From contig NZ_CP041352.1 of the NCBI RefSeq assembly GCF_009746125.1, forward strand, positions 1,626,436 to 1,658,435: a DNA stretch of 32,000 nt, written 5' to 3'. This DNA is from Casimicrobium huifangae. GTDB lineage: Bacteria > Pseudomonadota > Gammaproteobacteria > Burkholderiales > Casimicrobiaceae. A program made the translations under genes and the position numbers. Under the pieces are notes generated by a model, which was not told where the DNA came from, ran no database searches, and saw only the letters and a program-made list of their open reading frames with translations. Below, in pieces: positions 7,359-16,248 of the stretch. Within the stretch, counting starts at the first letter, position 1, and each line of letters opens with the position of its first letter.

Positions 7359-9560
7359 ATGAATCGCGTCAGATTTTTCCCTTCCGGAATGACCAAGCCT
7401 CCGTTTTCACGCCGCCTGTCGCGTTCGCTGCTTGCGGCGTGTATCGCCGCCTGTCTTGGTGCAATTGCGCCCGTGCCGCAGCTGCAGGCGCAAACGCCGG
7501 TCACGCTCAACTTTGTCGATGCCGATATCGATGTCGTCGCCAAAGCAGTTGGCGAGCTGACCGGCAAGACGTTTGTGCTGGATCCCAAGGTCAAGGGTAA
7601 GATCAACATCCAGTCGGCCAAAGGCGTCGCGCCGGGGCTGGCCTATCCCACCTTCCTCTCCGCCTTGCGCATGGCAGGTTTTGCTGCGGTGGAAGGGCCA
7701 GGCGGCGTAGTACGGGTAGTGCCTGAGGTTGACGCGAAGGCCTTACCCACGCCTATTGGCGTCGACGCTGGCGGTGCCATCGCCACCAAGGTGATTCCAC
7801 TCGCTCACCAGAGTGCCAGCCAGGTTATCAACGCATTGCGCCCGCTGGTGGCTGCCGCCAATGCATTGACGGTGTACCCGCCGGGCAACGCCATCATCAT
7901 TACCGATTACAGCGACAACATCCGCAAGGTCGAGGCAGTGATCGCCAGACTGGACGTACCGAGTGTCGCAGCGCCGGAGCTGGTGCCGCTGAATCACGCC
8001 CATGCGCTGGACGTGGCGGCGACATTGACGCGGGTGTTTGCGGACGCGAATGGCGCCACCGAGTCGCGGGATCGCCTGCTGATTACTGCCGACGCCCGCA
8101 GCAACTCGATCATCGTGCGCAGCGAAGACGCCGGTCGTCTGGCACGCGTGAAAACGCTGATTCAGGAGCTTGATCGCCCTACGGCGGCGCCGGGCAACAT
8201 CCGTATCGTTTACCTCAAGCATGCCGACGCTGCGCAGGTTGCAGCCACTTTGCGCCGCGTGCTGGGGGCTGAGGGCGGCAGCAGCACCGGTTCCAGCAGC
8301 AATGCGTCGGGCAACGCGTCCGCCCTGTCGTCACTGCTGCCAACGGCGGCAGCTACTGGCAGTACACCGCAGAACCCGCTGGCAGCAGCAACGGCAGCAT
8401 TGACTGGCGCTTCGTCGATGCAATCGGCCGGCACGCTGCCGCAGATGTCGACCAACACCAACACGGCGTTTACCGCTGGCGGCGCGACGGTCTATCCCGA
8501 CACCGCCATCAATGCGCTGGTGATTTCCGCGCCCACCCCGGTCTACAACAACCTGCGCACGGTGATCGAGCAGCTCGACGTACGGCGGGCGCAGGTGTTC
8601 ATCGAGGCGCTGATTGCGGAGGTGCAGGCGGATCGCGCTGCCGAGTTCGGCATTCAGTGGCAGGCGCTCGATGGCATCAACCGCAGCGGCACGCAGGGTT
8701 TTGGTGGTACCAACTTCGGCAGCACCAACGGGACCACGACCGCCAATATCCTGGGCGTTGCCGCCAACCCGGCGGCCGTCGCCCAGGGTTTCAACGTGGG
8801 CCTGGTGCGTGGCGCGGTGACCATCGCCGGCAAACAGATACTGAATCTCGGCCTGCTGGCGCGGGCGCTGCAGAGTGACGTGCAGGCGAATATCCTGTCC
8901 ATGCCGACCCTGTTGGCGCTCGACAATGAAGAGGCACGTTTCTCGGGCGGCCAGACGGTGCCTGTACTGACGGGCCAGTACGCCAATTCGTCCGGCGCCA
9001 ACAATTCGGTGACACCGTTCGCCACTTTCGATCGCAAGGACGTCGGCCTCATCCTGCGCGTGAAACCGCTCATCACCGAGGGGGGCGCGATTCGCCTGCA
9101 GCTCTATCAGGAGGTGTCCAGTGTGGCGCCTTCGACGGCCAGCGCGGTTGATGCTGCCGGCCTGTCAACTTTCAACAAGCGGGTGCTGGAGACCTCGGTG
9201 CTGGCGGACGATGGCCAGATCGTCGTGCTCGGTGGCTTGTTGCAGGAGAGCCTGTCCACCGACCAGGAAAAGGTACCGGTGCTTGGTGATGCGCCCTTGC
9301 TGGGCAACCTGTTCCGCTACGACACCCGTAGCCGCAAGAAAACCAATCTGATGGTGTTCCTGCGTCCGACCGTGCTGCGCAGTGCCGCTCAAGCCAACGT
9401 GTTGAGCAATGAGCGCTATCGCGTTCTCGGGCTCGACCAGCAGGCAGTTACCCCCGACGCTCGTCCCATGCTGCCGGAAATGAGCAACCCGACGCTGCCG
9501 ATGGGTACTGCCGTTCTGCCACCTGCCAGCGCTCCGACACCGGGTACGCCGAAGCGATGA
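7359..9560 (+). CDS. gspD: type II secretion system secretin GspD
   Basis: Signal peptide, then an N0-type motif (VTLNFVDADIDVVAKAVGELTGKTFVLDPKVKGKINIQS), repeated secretin-N modules, and a C-terminal secretin core (VPVLGDAPLLGNLFRYDTRSRKKTNLMVFLRPTVL). Alternative start ATG 7389. Confidence 0.9.
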   Translation: MNRVRFFPSGMTKPPFSRRLSRSLLAACIAACLGAIAPVPQLQAQTPVTLNFVDADIDVVAKAVGELTGKTFVLDPKVKGKINIQSAKGVAPGLAYPTFLSALRMAGFAAVEGPGGVVRVVPEVDAKALPTPIGVDAGGAIATKVIPLAHQSASQVINALRPLVAAANALTVYPPGNAIIITDYSDNIRKVEAVIARLDVPSVAAPELVPLNHAHALDVAATLTRVFADANGATESRDRLLITADARSNSIIVRSEDAGRLARVKTLIQELDRPTAAPGNIRIVYLKHADAAQVAATLRRVLGAEGGSSTGSSSNASGNASALSSLLPTAAATGSTPQNPLAAATAALTGASSMQSAGTLPQMSTNTNTAFTAGGATVYPDTAINALVISAPTPVYNNLRTVIEQLDVRRAQVFIEALIAEVQADRAAEFGIQWQALDGINRSGTQGFGGTNFGSTNGTTTANILGVAANPAAVAQGFNVGLVRGAVTIAGKQILNLGLLARALQSDVQANILSMPTLLALDNEEARFSGGQTVPVLTGQYANSSGANNSVTPFATFDRKDVGLILRVKPLITEGGAIRLQLYQEVSSVAPSTASAVDAAGLSTFNKRVLETSVLADDGQIVVLGGLLQESLSTDQEKVPVLGDAPLLGNLFRYDTRSRKKTNLMVFLRPTVLRSAAQANVLSNERYRVLGLDQQAVTPDARPMLPEMSNPTLPMGTAVLPPASAPTPGTPKR

Positions 9561-9632
9561 GACATCGCGCGCTGCCCACCGGCGCCTTTGCGGCTGCTGC
9601 CGCGACGGTGACTGCATCGCACGCGGCGAATC

Positions 9633-11126
9633 ATGACTGACATCGCGAAGCTGACCGGACAGTTGCCATTCGAACTGGCACAGGAATTCGGTGTGGTTCC
9701 AGTGGCTGATGAAGGCAATGCCATCGCGGTCGCGACAGCGCCGCATATGACCGTGGCGTCGCTATCGGCGGTCCGCCAGCGCCTCGGTCGGCCGTTGCGG
9801 GCGCAGTCTGTCTCCGCCGAAGAGTTTCGTTCGCTGCTGACGAGCGCTTATTCACGCGCCGCACGACCGGCGCCAGCCACAGACAGCGCATCTGCGATCG
9901 CTCGGTCGTCCCCTGAGCGTGATGAGCAGGATTTGCTGGCCAGCGCCGCACTGACGGATGACGCACCGGCGGTACGCATCGTCAGCGAGCTGCTGCGCGA
10001 TGCACTGGCAGCGGCGGCTTCCGACATTCACCTTGATGCCACCGATCGGGGAGGACGCGTGCGTTTCCGGGTCGATGGCGTATTGGCCGACGTGCGCGAA
10101 ACCGATGCTGCGACGCACGCCGCACTGGTCGCCCGTTGCAAGGTGATGGCGGCTCTGGATATTGCCGAGCGCCGATTGCCGCAGGACGGCCGACTGCAGG
10201 TGACCATCGCCGGCCACCGCGTTGACGTGCGCATCGCGACCTTGCCGACGCAGCATGGCGAGCGGGTGGTGCTGCGCCTGCTCGATACGAGCGCTGCCCG
10301 GCTGGACCTCGCTGCGCTCGGCTTGCAACCTCGGGTGCTGGAAGCGCTGCGCAGCGCTGTACGCATGCCACATGGGCTGGTGCTGGTCACCGGGCCGACT
10401 GGATCGGGCAAGACCACCACGTTGTATGCCGCGGTGAGCGAGCTGGATCGCGAACGGCTCAACGTGGTGAGCGTGGAGGACCCGGTGGAATATGCGCTCG
10501 ACCGTGTGGCGCAAACCCAGGTCAATCCACGAATCGAACTCAGTTTTGCGCGGGCGTTGCGCTCCATCCTTCGCCACGATCCCGACGTGATTATCGTCGG
10601 TGAAATCCGCGACCGTGAGACCGCTGAAATCGCCATTCAGGCCAGCCTGACCGGGCATCTGGTGCTCGCGTCGCTGCACACCAATACGGCAGGGGCCGCC
10701 ATCACGCGGCTGACCGATATGGGCGTTGAGCCTTATCTGATTGCGTCCTCGCTACGCGGCGTGCTGGCGCAGCGCCTGGTGCGCAAGTTGTGTGTCGCCT
10801 GTCGCAAGGTGCACGCGGTTGCGGCCGATGAAGCGGCGCTACTGACCGCCCACGGTATCGGCGGCGCGGTTGGACTCGTACAGCTCTGGTCTGCCGACGG
10901 CTGCAATGTGTGCGGTGGCAGCGGGTACCGTGGGCGCATGGGCCTGTATCGCTGGTTGCCAGCGGGCGCTGAGGTTACCAACGCCATTCACAACCGCAAG
11001 GCCGATACCGACATTGAGAACATTGCCATTGATGCCGGGTGGCCCACGCTGGCGGCGGACGCGGCACCGGCGCTTGCCGACGGCAGTACGTCACTGGCGG
11101 AGGTGTTACGCGTGGTGACGTTGTGA
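9633..11126 (+). CDS. gspE: type II secretion system ATPase GspE
   Basis: N-terminal GspE/MshE-type N domain (LPFELAQEFGVVPV), Walker A GPTGSGKTTT, Asp box VSVEDPVEY, Walker B IIVGEIRD, His box LASLHTN, tetracysteine Zn motif CVAC...CNVCGGSGYRGR. Confidence 0.9.
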   Translation: MTDIAKLTGQLPFELAQEFGVVPVADEGNAIAVATAPHMTVASLSAVRQRLGRPLRAQSVSAEEFRSLLTSAYSRAARPAPATDSASAIARSSPERDEQDLLASAALTDDAPAVRIVSELLRDALAAAASDIHLDATDRGGRVRFRVDGVLADVRETDAATHAALVARCKVMAALDIAERRLPQDGRLQVTIAGHRVDVRIATLPTQHGERVVLRLLDTSAARLDLAALGLQPRVLEALRSAVRMPHGLVLVTGPTGSGKTTTLYAAVSELDRERLNVVSVEDPVEYALDRVAQTQVNPRIELSFARALRSILRHDPDVIIVGEIRDRETAEIAIQASLTGHLVLASLHTNTAGAAITRLTDMGVEPYLIASSLRGVLAQRLVRKLCVACRKVHAVAADEAALLTAHGIGGAVGLVQLWSADGCNVCGGSGYRGRMGLYRWLPAGAEVTNAIHNRKADTDIENIAIDAGWPTLAADAAPALADGSTSLAEVLRVVTL

Positions 11127-11169
11127 GACCCTTTGCCGTGCTTCACTGCAGTGTCCGGAACGTCTAGCC

Positions 11170-12363
11170 ATGCGCTTTGCGTTTGAGGCAGTCGATGCTG
11201 ACGGTCGTCGCGAGCACGGCGAACTTGCTGCGGCGGACGAACGCGCAGCGCTGAAAGCGCTGGCGGCCCGCAGGTTGACTGCCCTCAGTCTGGTGCCAAA
11301 GGCGGATGCGCCGGCGGTTGACGCTAACGGCCGCATCAGCAGCGCTGACCGGGCACTCGCCGTGCGTCAACTTTCCGGGTTGATTGACGGCGGCGTGACT
11401 TTACCTGCTGCGTTGCAGTCGGTGGCTCAAAGCAGCGCGCAGCCGACCGTAGCCGCAGAACTGCGCGCGGTGCACGCAGCCCTTGACGGCGGCGAGCCGC
11501 TGGTATCGGCGTTCGGAAAAGCGTCAAAGTTGCTGCCACTGGTCGAACGCCAGGTGGTCGTGGCGGGTGCGGAGGCGGGTGATCTGGCAAGGGTGCTGGC
11601 GCGGCTCGCCGACTATCTGGAAGAACGCGATGCGCTGCGCGGCAAGCTGGTCGGCGCGATGGTCTATCCGGCGGTAGTGGGCGTCGTGGCGCTTGCTGTG
11701 ATTGTGGCGCTGCTGGTATTTGTCATGCCGCAAATCGTTGCCGCCTTCGCGCAAACCAAACAGCAGCTTCCCTGGTTGACCCGCAGCTTGCTTCTGGTGG
11801 CCACCGGACTGCGCCAGTACGGAATCTGGTTGATCGCGCTGTTGCTGGCGGCATCGGTGTTCGCGCTCTGGTCGTTGCGTGGCCCGTTACGCCAGCGTGG
11901 GCTGGCCCTGTTGCAACGTCTGCCGCTACTCGGGCCACTGGCTCAGAGCGCCGACGAGGTGCGCGTACTGACGACGCTGGCGATGCTGGTGGAGAGCGCT
12001 GTGCCACTGCCGAGGGCGATGGTTGCGGCAGCGACCACAGCCCGTTTTGCATCAAACGCAACGCGGCTTGACGCCGCGCGCAACCTGATCGAGCGCGGCA
12101 GCGCGGTAACCACGGCATTTACCGAGGCGCAGGCGCTCGACGGCATGTCGCTGGAGCTGCTGCGGCATGGTGAAGCCGTCGGTGGTGTGGCTGCGGCATT
12201 TGCCAAAGCTGCCCACCTCAAGCGGCAGGGGCTGGAACGCCGTTTGCAATGGTTTGCCACACTGGTGGAACCGGTGATGATCCTGGTGCTGGGCGGCGTC
12301 GTACTGCTGCTGGTGCTGGCCGTAATGCTGCCGATCGTGACGCTCAACTCAGCCGTGCGCTGA
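11170..12363 (+). CDS. gspF: type II secretion system inner-membrane platform protein GspF
   Basis: 397 aa with two T2SS-F type cytoplasmic repeats separated by hydrophobic TM segments (MVYPAVVGVVALAVIVALLVFVMPQIV; LVEPVMILVLGGVVLLLVLAVMLPI). Position after gspE. Confidence 0.9.
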   Translation: MRFAFEAVDADGRREHGELAAADERAALKALAARRLTALSLVPKADAPAVDANGRISSADRALAVRQLSGLIDGGVTLPAALQSVAQSSAQPTVAAELRAVHAALDGGEPLVSAFGKASKLLPLVERQVVVAGAEAGDLARVLARLADYLEERDALRGKLVGAMVYPAVVGVVALAVIVALLVFVMPQIVAAFAQTKQQLPWLTRSLLLVATGLRQYGIWLIALLLAASVFALWSLRGPLRQRGLALLQRLPLLGPLAQSADEVRVLTTLAMLVESAVPLPRAMVAAATTARFASNATRLDAARNLIERGSAVTTAFTEAQALDGMSLELLRHGEAVGGVAAAFAKAAHLKRQGLERRLQWFATLVEPVMILVLGGVVLLLVLAVMLPIVTLNSAVR

Positions 12364-12379
12364 TAGCCCCTGCGTGCGG

Positions 12380-13426
12380 CTACTCCAGCCGCTGCTCGTC
12401 GCGGTAGAAGCGGTAGAAAAGCTTGTCGTTCTTGAATGGATGCTCATCGAGCACATGGTGCGCCAGCGACACATCGAGCAGGCGCTGACCGCAGCTCATC
12501 GCCTGATTGAGCGTGTAGTTCTGCACCAGCATCCAGTCCACCGCCTCGCTGCCCACGAAGCAACTGGCATAGGCGGTGCCGCGAGACGTGCGGTCGGCGA
12601 CGCTGAAACCGGCGTCACTGCGCACCAGTGAATAAAAGCGGTCCAGCGTCCAGCGCGGCGGCAACTGCGCAACGCGGAAGTAATAGTTGCCATAGTCAAA
12701 GATCTGTTCGCGCGCCACATGATAGATCAGCCCCGCCGCCTGTAGCGCCAGGCCAATGGCAATGGCCTTCTCCCGGTCGATTCGCAGGGCACGTTCAAGC
12801 CAGACGATGCTTTCGCTGGCCACGAAGCATTCCGGGTAGACGCGCAGCAAATAGCTGCGGTCAGCGATGTTGACACCGCCGGAGCGTTGCATGCGAAAGG
12901 CGAGGGCCGCGAGGTCGATGCCATCGGCCTCGGCGGCGGCGATGACGCGAGCCTGCGCGCCGCCGCTGGTGGTCTGCGCAGCGGCCCGCACGTAGGGGGT
13001 GATGCGGCGCATGGCGGCGTCAACCGTATCGCGGTCGCCGATCAGTTCGTTGAGCAGCCGCTCGCCAGTCATGTTCCAGCGCCAGGGGTTGATCTGGGCG
13101 ACGGCGTAGTCGGCTCCCGCTTCGCGGGCCCATTCGACGATGACGTCATCGACCCAGTGCGTTGCCGATGCAATCACACCAATCTTCGCATCAGGCAAGG
13201 TCTGGCGTACCCGCGTGCACGCATTGGCGAGACGGATACCGCGCGCAGCAAGGGCAGCGAGGTCGAGCACAACGGCAACCGGGAGCCCGTTGGTGCCCTT
13301 GTTGAGTTTGCGTTGCAGGTCGGCCGCATCGTCGAAGGCATCAAGCACTCCTTTCAGCGCGTCGGCGCTCGCGCGCATGAGCGCGAGCGTGACAGGGTCG
13401 TTGCAAAGGAGGAGGATCTTGAGCAT
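12380..13426 (-). CDS. tandem DEP-domain protein with degenerate receiver-like N-terminal domain
   Basis: ORF trimmed to ATG 13426 (MLKILLLCND...). Two consecutive segments of about 80 aa fit the DEP pattern. First: VNIADRSYLLRVYPECFVASESIVWLERAL...AIAIGLALQAAGLIYHV...YYFRV. Second: FSVADRTSRGTAYASCFVGSEAVDWMLVQ...AMSCGQRLLDVSLAHHVLDEHPFKNDKLFYRF. Assignment is by eye only. Confidence 0.7.
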   Translation of the reverse strand: MLKILLLCNDPVTLALMRASADALKGVLDAFDDAADLQRKLNKGTNGLPVAVVLDLAALAARGIRLANACTRVRQTLPDAKIGVIASATHWVDDVIVEWAREAGADYAVAQINPWRWNMTGERLLNELIGDRDTVDAAMRRITPYVRAAAQTTSGGAQARVIAAAEADGIDLAALAFRMQRSGGVNIADRSYLLRVYPECFVASESIVWLERALRIDREKAIAIGLALQAAGLIYHVAREQIFDYGNYYFRVAQLPPRWTLDRFYSLVRSDAGFSVADRTSRGTAYASCFVGSEAVDWMLVQNYTLNQAMSCGQRLLDVSLAHHVLDEHPFKNDKLFYRFYRDEQRLE

Positions 13427-13574
13427 CGCGTGGTCCGGTACTTTTGTCTTGTTGCCGCGCGCAGATAGCCTTCGAGGGGCAAGCCTGAGTCGCGGCGGCG
13501 GTATCGCCCTTACAACGTGCGCGCCGCTTCTGCGGTACAAATACTATTCGATTGTTTTCCGCTTTGTCACTCCC

Positions 13575-14105
13575 ATGCTGCTGCGCAACGCCACCGACGA
13601 CGATCTGATTGCCATCCAGTCGATCTATGCACATTGGGTGACCCACGGTACCGGCAGCTTCGAGCTCGAGCCGCCAACGGTTGACGAGATTGCGAAACGG
13701 CGTGCCGATGTGCTGGCAAAGGGTTTGCCCTATATGGTGGCAGAGGACGCCGGCCGCGTCGTCGGGTACGCCTATGCCAACTGGTTTCGGCCACGTCCGG
13801 CCTATCGTTTCACCGTTGAAAATTCCGTGTACGTTGACAAGGGCTCGCACCGTGGCGGCATTGCCCGCTTGCTGATGGCGGAGTTGTTGACCCGTTGCGA
13901 AGCGGCGGGTGCCCGGCAAATGGTTGCGGTCATCGGTGACTCGGCCAATACCGGATCGATTGGCCTGCACACCGCGATGGGCTTCGAACACATCGGCACG
14001 CTGCGCTCAACCGGCTGGAAGTTTGGCCGCTGGCTGGACACCGTTTTCATGCAGCGTTCGCTGGGTCTGGGTGACGGCACGGCGCCCGCGCAGGGGGCCG
14101 CATGA
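13575..14105 (+). CDS. GNAT-family N-acetyltransferase (phosphinothricin/MSO acetyltransferase-like)
   Basis: ORF trimmed to ATG 13575. MLLRNATDDDLIAIQSIYAHWVTHGTGSFELEPP...VENSVYVDKGSHRGGIARLLMAEL...GFEHIGTLRSTGWKFGRWLDTVFMQR matches the PAT-type GNAT layout. Confidence 0.85.
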   Translation: MLLRNATDDDLIAIQSIYAHWVTHGTGSFELEPPTVDEIAKRRADVLAKGLPYMVAEDAGRVVGYAYANWFRPRPAYRFTVENSVYVDKGSHRGGIARLLMAELLTRCEAAGARQMVAVIGDSANTGSIGLHTAMGFEHIGTLRSTGWKFGRWLDTVFMQRSLGLGDGTAPAQGAA

Positions 14106-15901
14106 CGTGCGGGCACACGGCCGCCCGGCTCGGCAGACGAACACCGAATACGAACATTCTTAGGCGTCTGGCTGCACTGACACTGCTCGCGCTGTGTAGC
14201 ACGCATGCCGGACTCGCGGCTGCGCAGAATCAGGCACCCGAAGCTGCGACCGGACGTAGCGCGAAGCAGGGCCTGAGCTTCCGGCATCAGGGTGTTGCTG
14301 CGGCCAACCCGCTGGCGGTCGAGGCCGGTTACGCGATGCTGCGGCAGGGTGGCAGCGCGATCGACGCGGCGATCGCCACACAATTGGTGCTCGGGCTGGT
14401 CGAGCCGCAGAGCTCCGGCCTCGGCGGCGGTGCCTTCATCGTCCTGCACGACGTCAAAACTGGCCGTACCCGCAGCTACGATGGTCGCGAGACGGCGCCG
14501 GCCGCAGCGAAGCCGGAACGCTTCATCGGTAGCGACGGGTTGCCACTCAAGTTCTATGACGCCGTGGTGGGCGGTCGTGCCGTCGGCGTGCCCGGCACCG
14601 TCGCGCTGCTCGCCGAGACGCATCGCAAGCATGGTCGTCTGCCGTGGCGCCAGTTGTTCGAGCCCGCCGTTGCGCTGGCAGAGCAGGGCTTTCCGGTCAG
14701 CCCCAGGCTGAACATGCAGTTGAAGGGCGAGCGCTTTCTGAAGCTCGACCCGGCGTCGCGCGCCTACTTCTATGCACCTGACGGTGAACCCTGGCCGGTT
14801 GGTTATGCGCTCAAGAACCCGGAATACGCCGCCACGCTGAAAGCCATTCGCGATGGCGGTGCCAAGGCGTTCTACGATGGCGACATTGCGGCGGACATCG
14901 TGCGTGTTGCTCGCGCGCAAGCGAGCGCAAGCGATCTCACCGAGGCGGACTTCAGTGCCTATCGCGTGTTCGAGCGCGACCCGGTGTGCGCACCCTATCG
15001 TGGGCTGCGCGTTTGCGGCATGCCGCCGCCGTCTTCGGGCGGTATCGCGGTGGCGCAAATACTGTCATTGGTCGAGCGCTTCCCGCTGGCTGCCTGGGGG
15101 CCAAACGCCCCCGACAGCCTGCATGTGTTTGCCGAGGCGGGACGGCTCGCCTTCGCTGATCGCAACCGCTATCTGGCCGACCCGGACTTCGTGGCAATTC
15201 CGCGCGGCATGCTGGACGCGGCGTACCTCAAGTTACGTGGCAGCCAGATCGACCTTTCGCGCAGCATGAAGCGCGCCGAGGCGGGCACGCCGCCTGGCAG
15301 CAAGGTTGCGCTGGCGCCCGATGCAACCATCGAAGCGTCGGGCACCTCGCACATTTCGGTCGTGGATCGTTACGGCAATGCGGTGGCGATGACCACCACG
15401 ATTGAGGACCAGTTTGGTGCGCGCGTGATGGTGCGCGGCTTTCTGCTCAACAACGAGCTGACCGATTTTTCGTTCGTGCCGCAAGAGGGCGGGCAACTCG
15501 TCGCCAATCGTATCGAAGCAGGCAAGCGGCCGCGCTCGTCGATCGCGCCGACCATCGTCTATGACCGCCAGAACAAACCACTGATCGTGACCGGCTCGCC
15601 GGGGGGCAGCGCCATCATCAACTACGTCGCCAAGAGCATCGTGGCGCTGGTTGACTGGGGGCTCACGCCGCAGCAGGCGGCCGATCTGCCGAACTTCGGC
15701 TCGCGCAACGGCCCGACCGAGATTGAGCGCGGCACGGCGCTGGAGGCGCTGAAGCCGGAGCTCGAAAGACGTGGCCACACGTTCAGCGTGATCGACTTCA
15801 CCAGCGGCCTGCATATCCTGCAGCGGACTGATGGCAGGGCTGGGCGGCAATGGCGCGGTGGCGCGGACCCGCGTCGCGAAGGGATTGTGCTGGGCGATTG
15901 A
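14102..15901 (+). CDS. ggt: gamma-glutamyltransferase
   Basis: Signal peptide; conserved GGGAF, autoprocessing/catalytic Thr context EASGTSHISVVD, and C-terminal GGADPRREG. ATGA overlap with the GNAT gene. Confidence 0.9.
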   Translation: MTCGHTAARLGRRTPNTNILRRLAALTLLALCSTHAGLAAAQNQAPEAATGRSAKQGLSFRHQGVAAANPLAVEAGYAMLRQGGSAIDAAIATQLVLGLVEPQSSGLGGGAFIVLHDVKTGRTRSYDGRETAPAAAKPERFIGSDGLPLKFYDAVVGGRAVGVPGTVALLAETHRKHGRLPWRQLFEPAVALAEQGFPVSPRLNMQLKGERFLKLDPASRAYFYAPDGEPWPVGYALKNPEYAATLKAIRDGGAKAFYDGDIAADIVRVARAQASASDLTEADFSAYRVFERDPVCAPYRGLRVCGMPPPSSGGIAVAQILSLVERFPLAAWGPNAPDSLHVFAEAGRLAFADRNRYLADPDFVAIPRGMLDAAYLKLRGSQIDLSRSMKRAEAGTPPGSKVALAPDATIEASGTSHISVVDRYGNAVAMTTTIEDQFGARVMVRGFLLNNELTDFSFVPQEGGQLVANRIEAGKRPRSSIAPTIVYDRQNKPLIVTGSPGGSAIINYVAKSIVALVDWGLTPQQAADLPNFGSRNGPTEIERGTALEALKPELERRGHTFSVIDFTSGLHILQRTDGRAGRQWRGGADPRREGIVLGD

Positions 15902-15972
15902 CGTGAGCAGGGGAAGCGCTCTGCTGCTGACGTACCGTCTGCCGTTGCCTTGGCATCACACAAATTTCGCTA

Positions 15973-16048
15973 ACGGCTTTTAGGTGAAAAGCCCATTCGA
16001 ATTGGGCTCAAACGGTGAAAAGGTGCAAAGTCGACTTTGCGCTTTTTT
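15973..16048 (+). repeat. conserved intergenic element, copy 1
   Basis: Ordered blocks ACGGCTTTT (15973), AAAAGCC (15987), GGGCTCA (16004), TCGACTTT (16031). The same blocks recur at 21035-21110 with spacing that differs by 1-2 nt at each step. The first two blocks form a hairpin. Confidence 0.6.
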
Positions 16049-16049
16049 C
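16025..16049 (+). terminator. candidate intrinsic terminator after ggt
   Basis: Palindrome GCAAAG-TCGA-CTTTGC followed by GCTTTTTTCG. The stem is short and AT-rich, so the call is only moderate. Confidence 0.4.
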
Positions 16050-16248
16050 GCTGTCATGCCTTAATCAGCAGACGTTTCAACGAAAAGATACTGCTACCGG
16101 GTGACACGCGGATCGCGGCGATAGCGGTGCAACTGGTGCAACAGACGCAGCACAAGGTAACGCACTGTAACGCCGCAAACCTTGCTGCAATCCGGTTGGC
16201 GACGCCACAATCCACGATCAGACGTGACGGGAATGCGAGGGGAACGCC

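Noticed and set aside
9852-10679. 275-aa and 202-aa minus-strand ORFs inside gspE
   Set aside because: The opposite strand carries unmistakable GspE Walker, Asp-box and His-box motifs. The antisense frames are Arg/His-rich noise.
13140-13574. 145-codon upstream extension of the GNAT ORF
   Set aside because: Overlaps the DEP gene on the other strand. The GNAT homology starts at MLLRNATDDD (ATG 13575).
13802-15058. 418-aa minus-strand ORF
   Set aside because: Antisense to ggt and the GNAT gene. Arg-rich low-information sequence. A shadow ORF.
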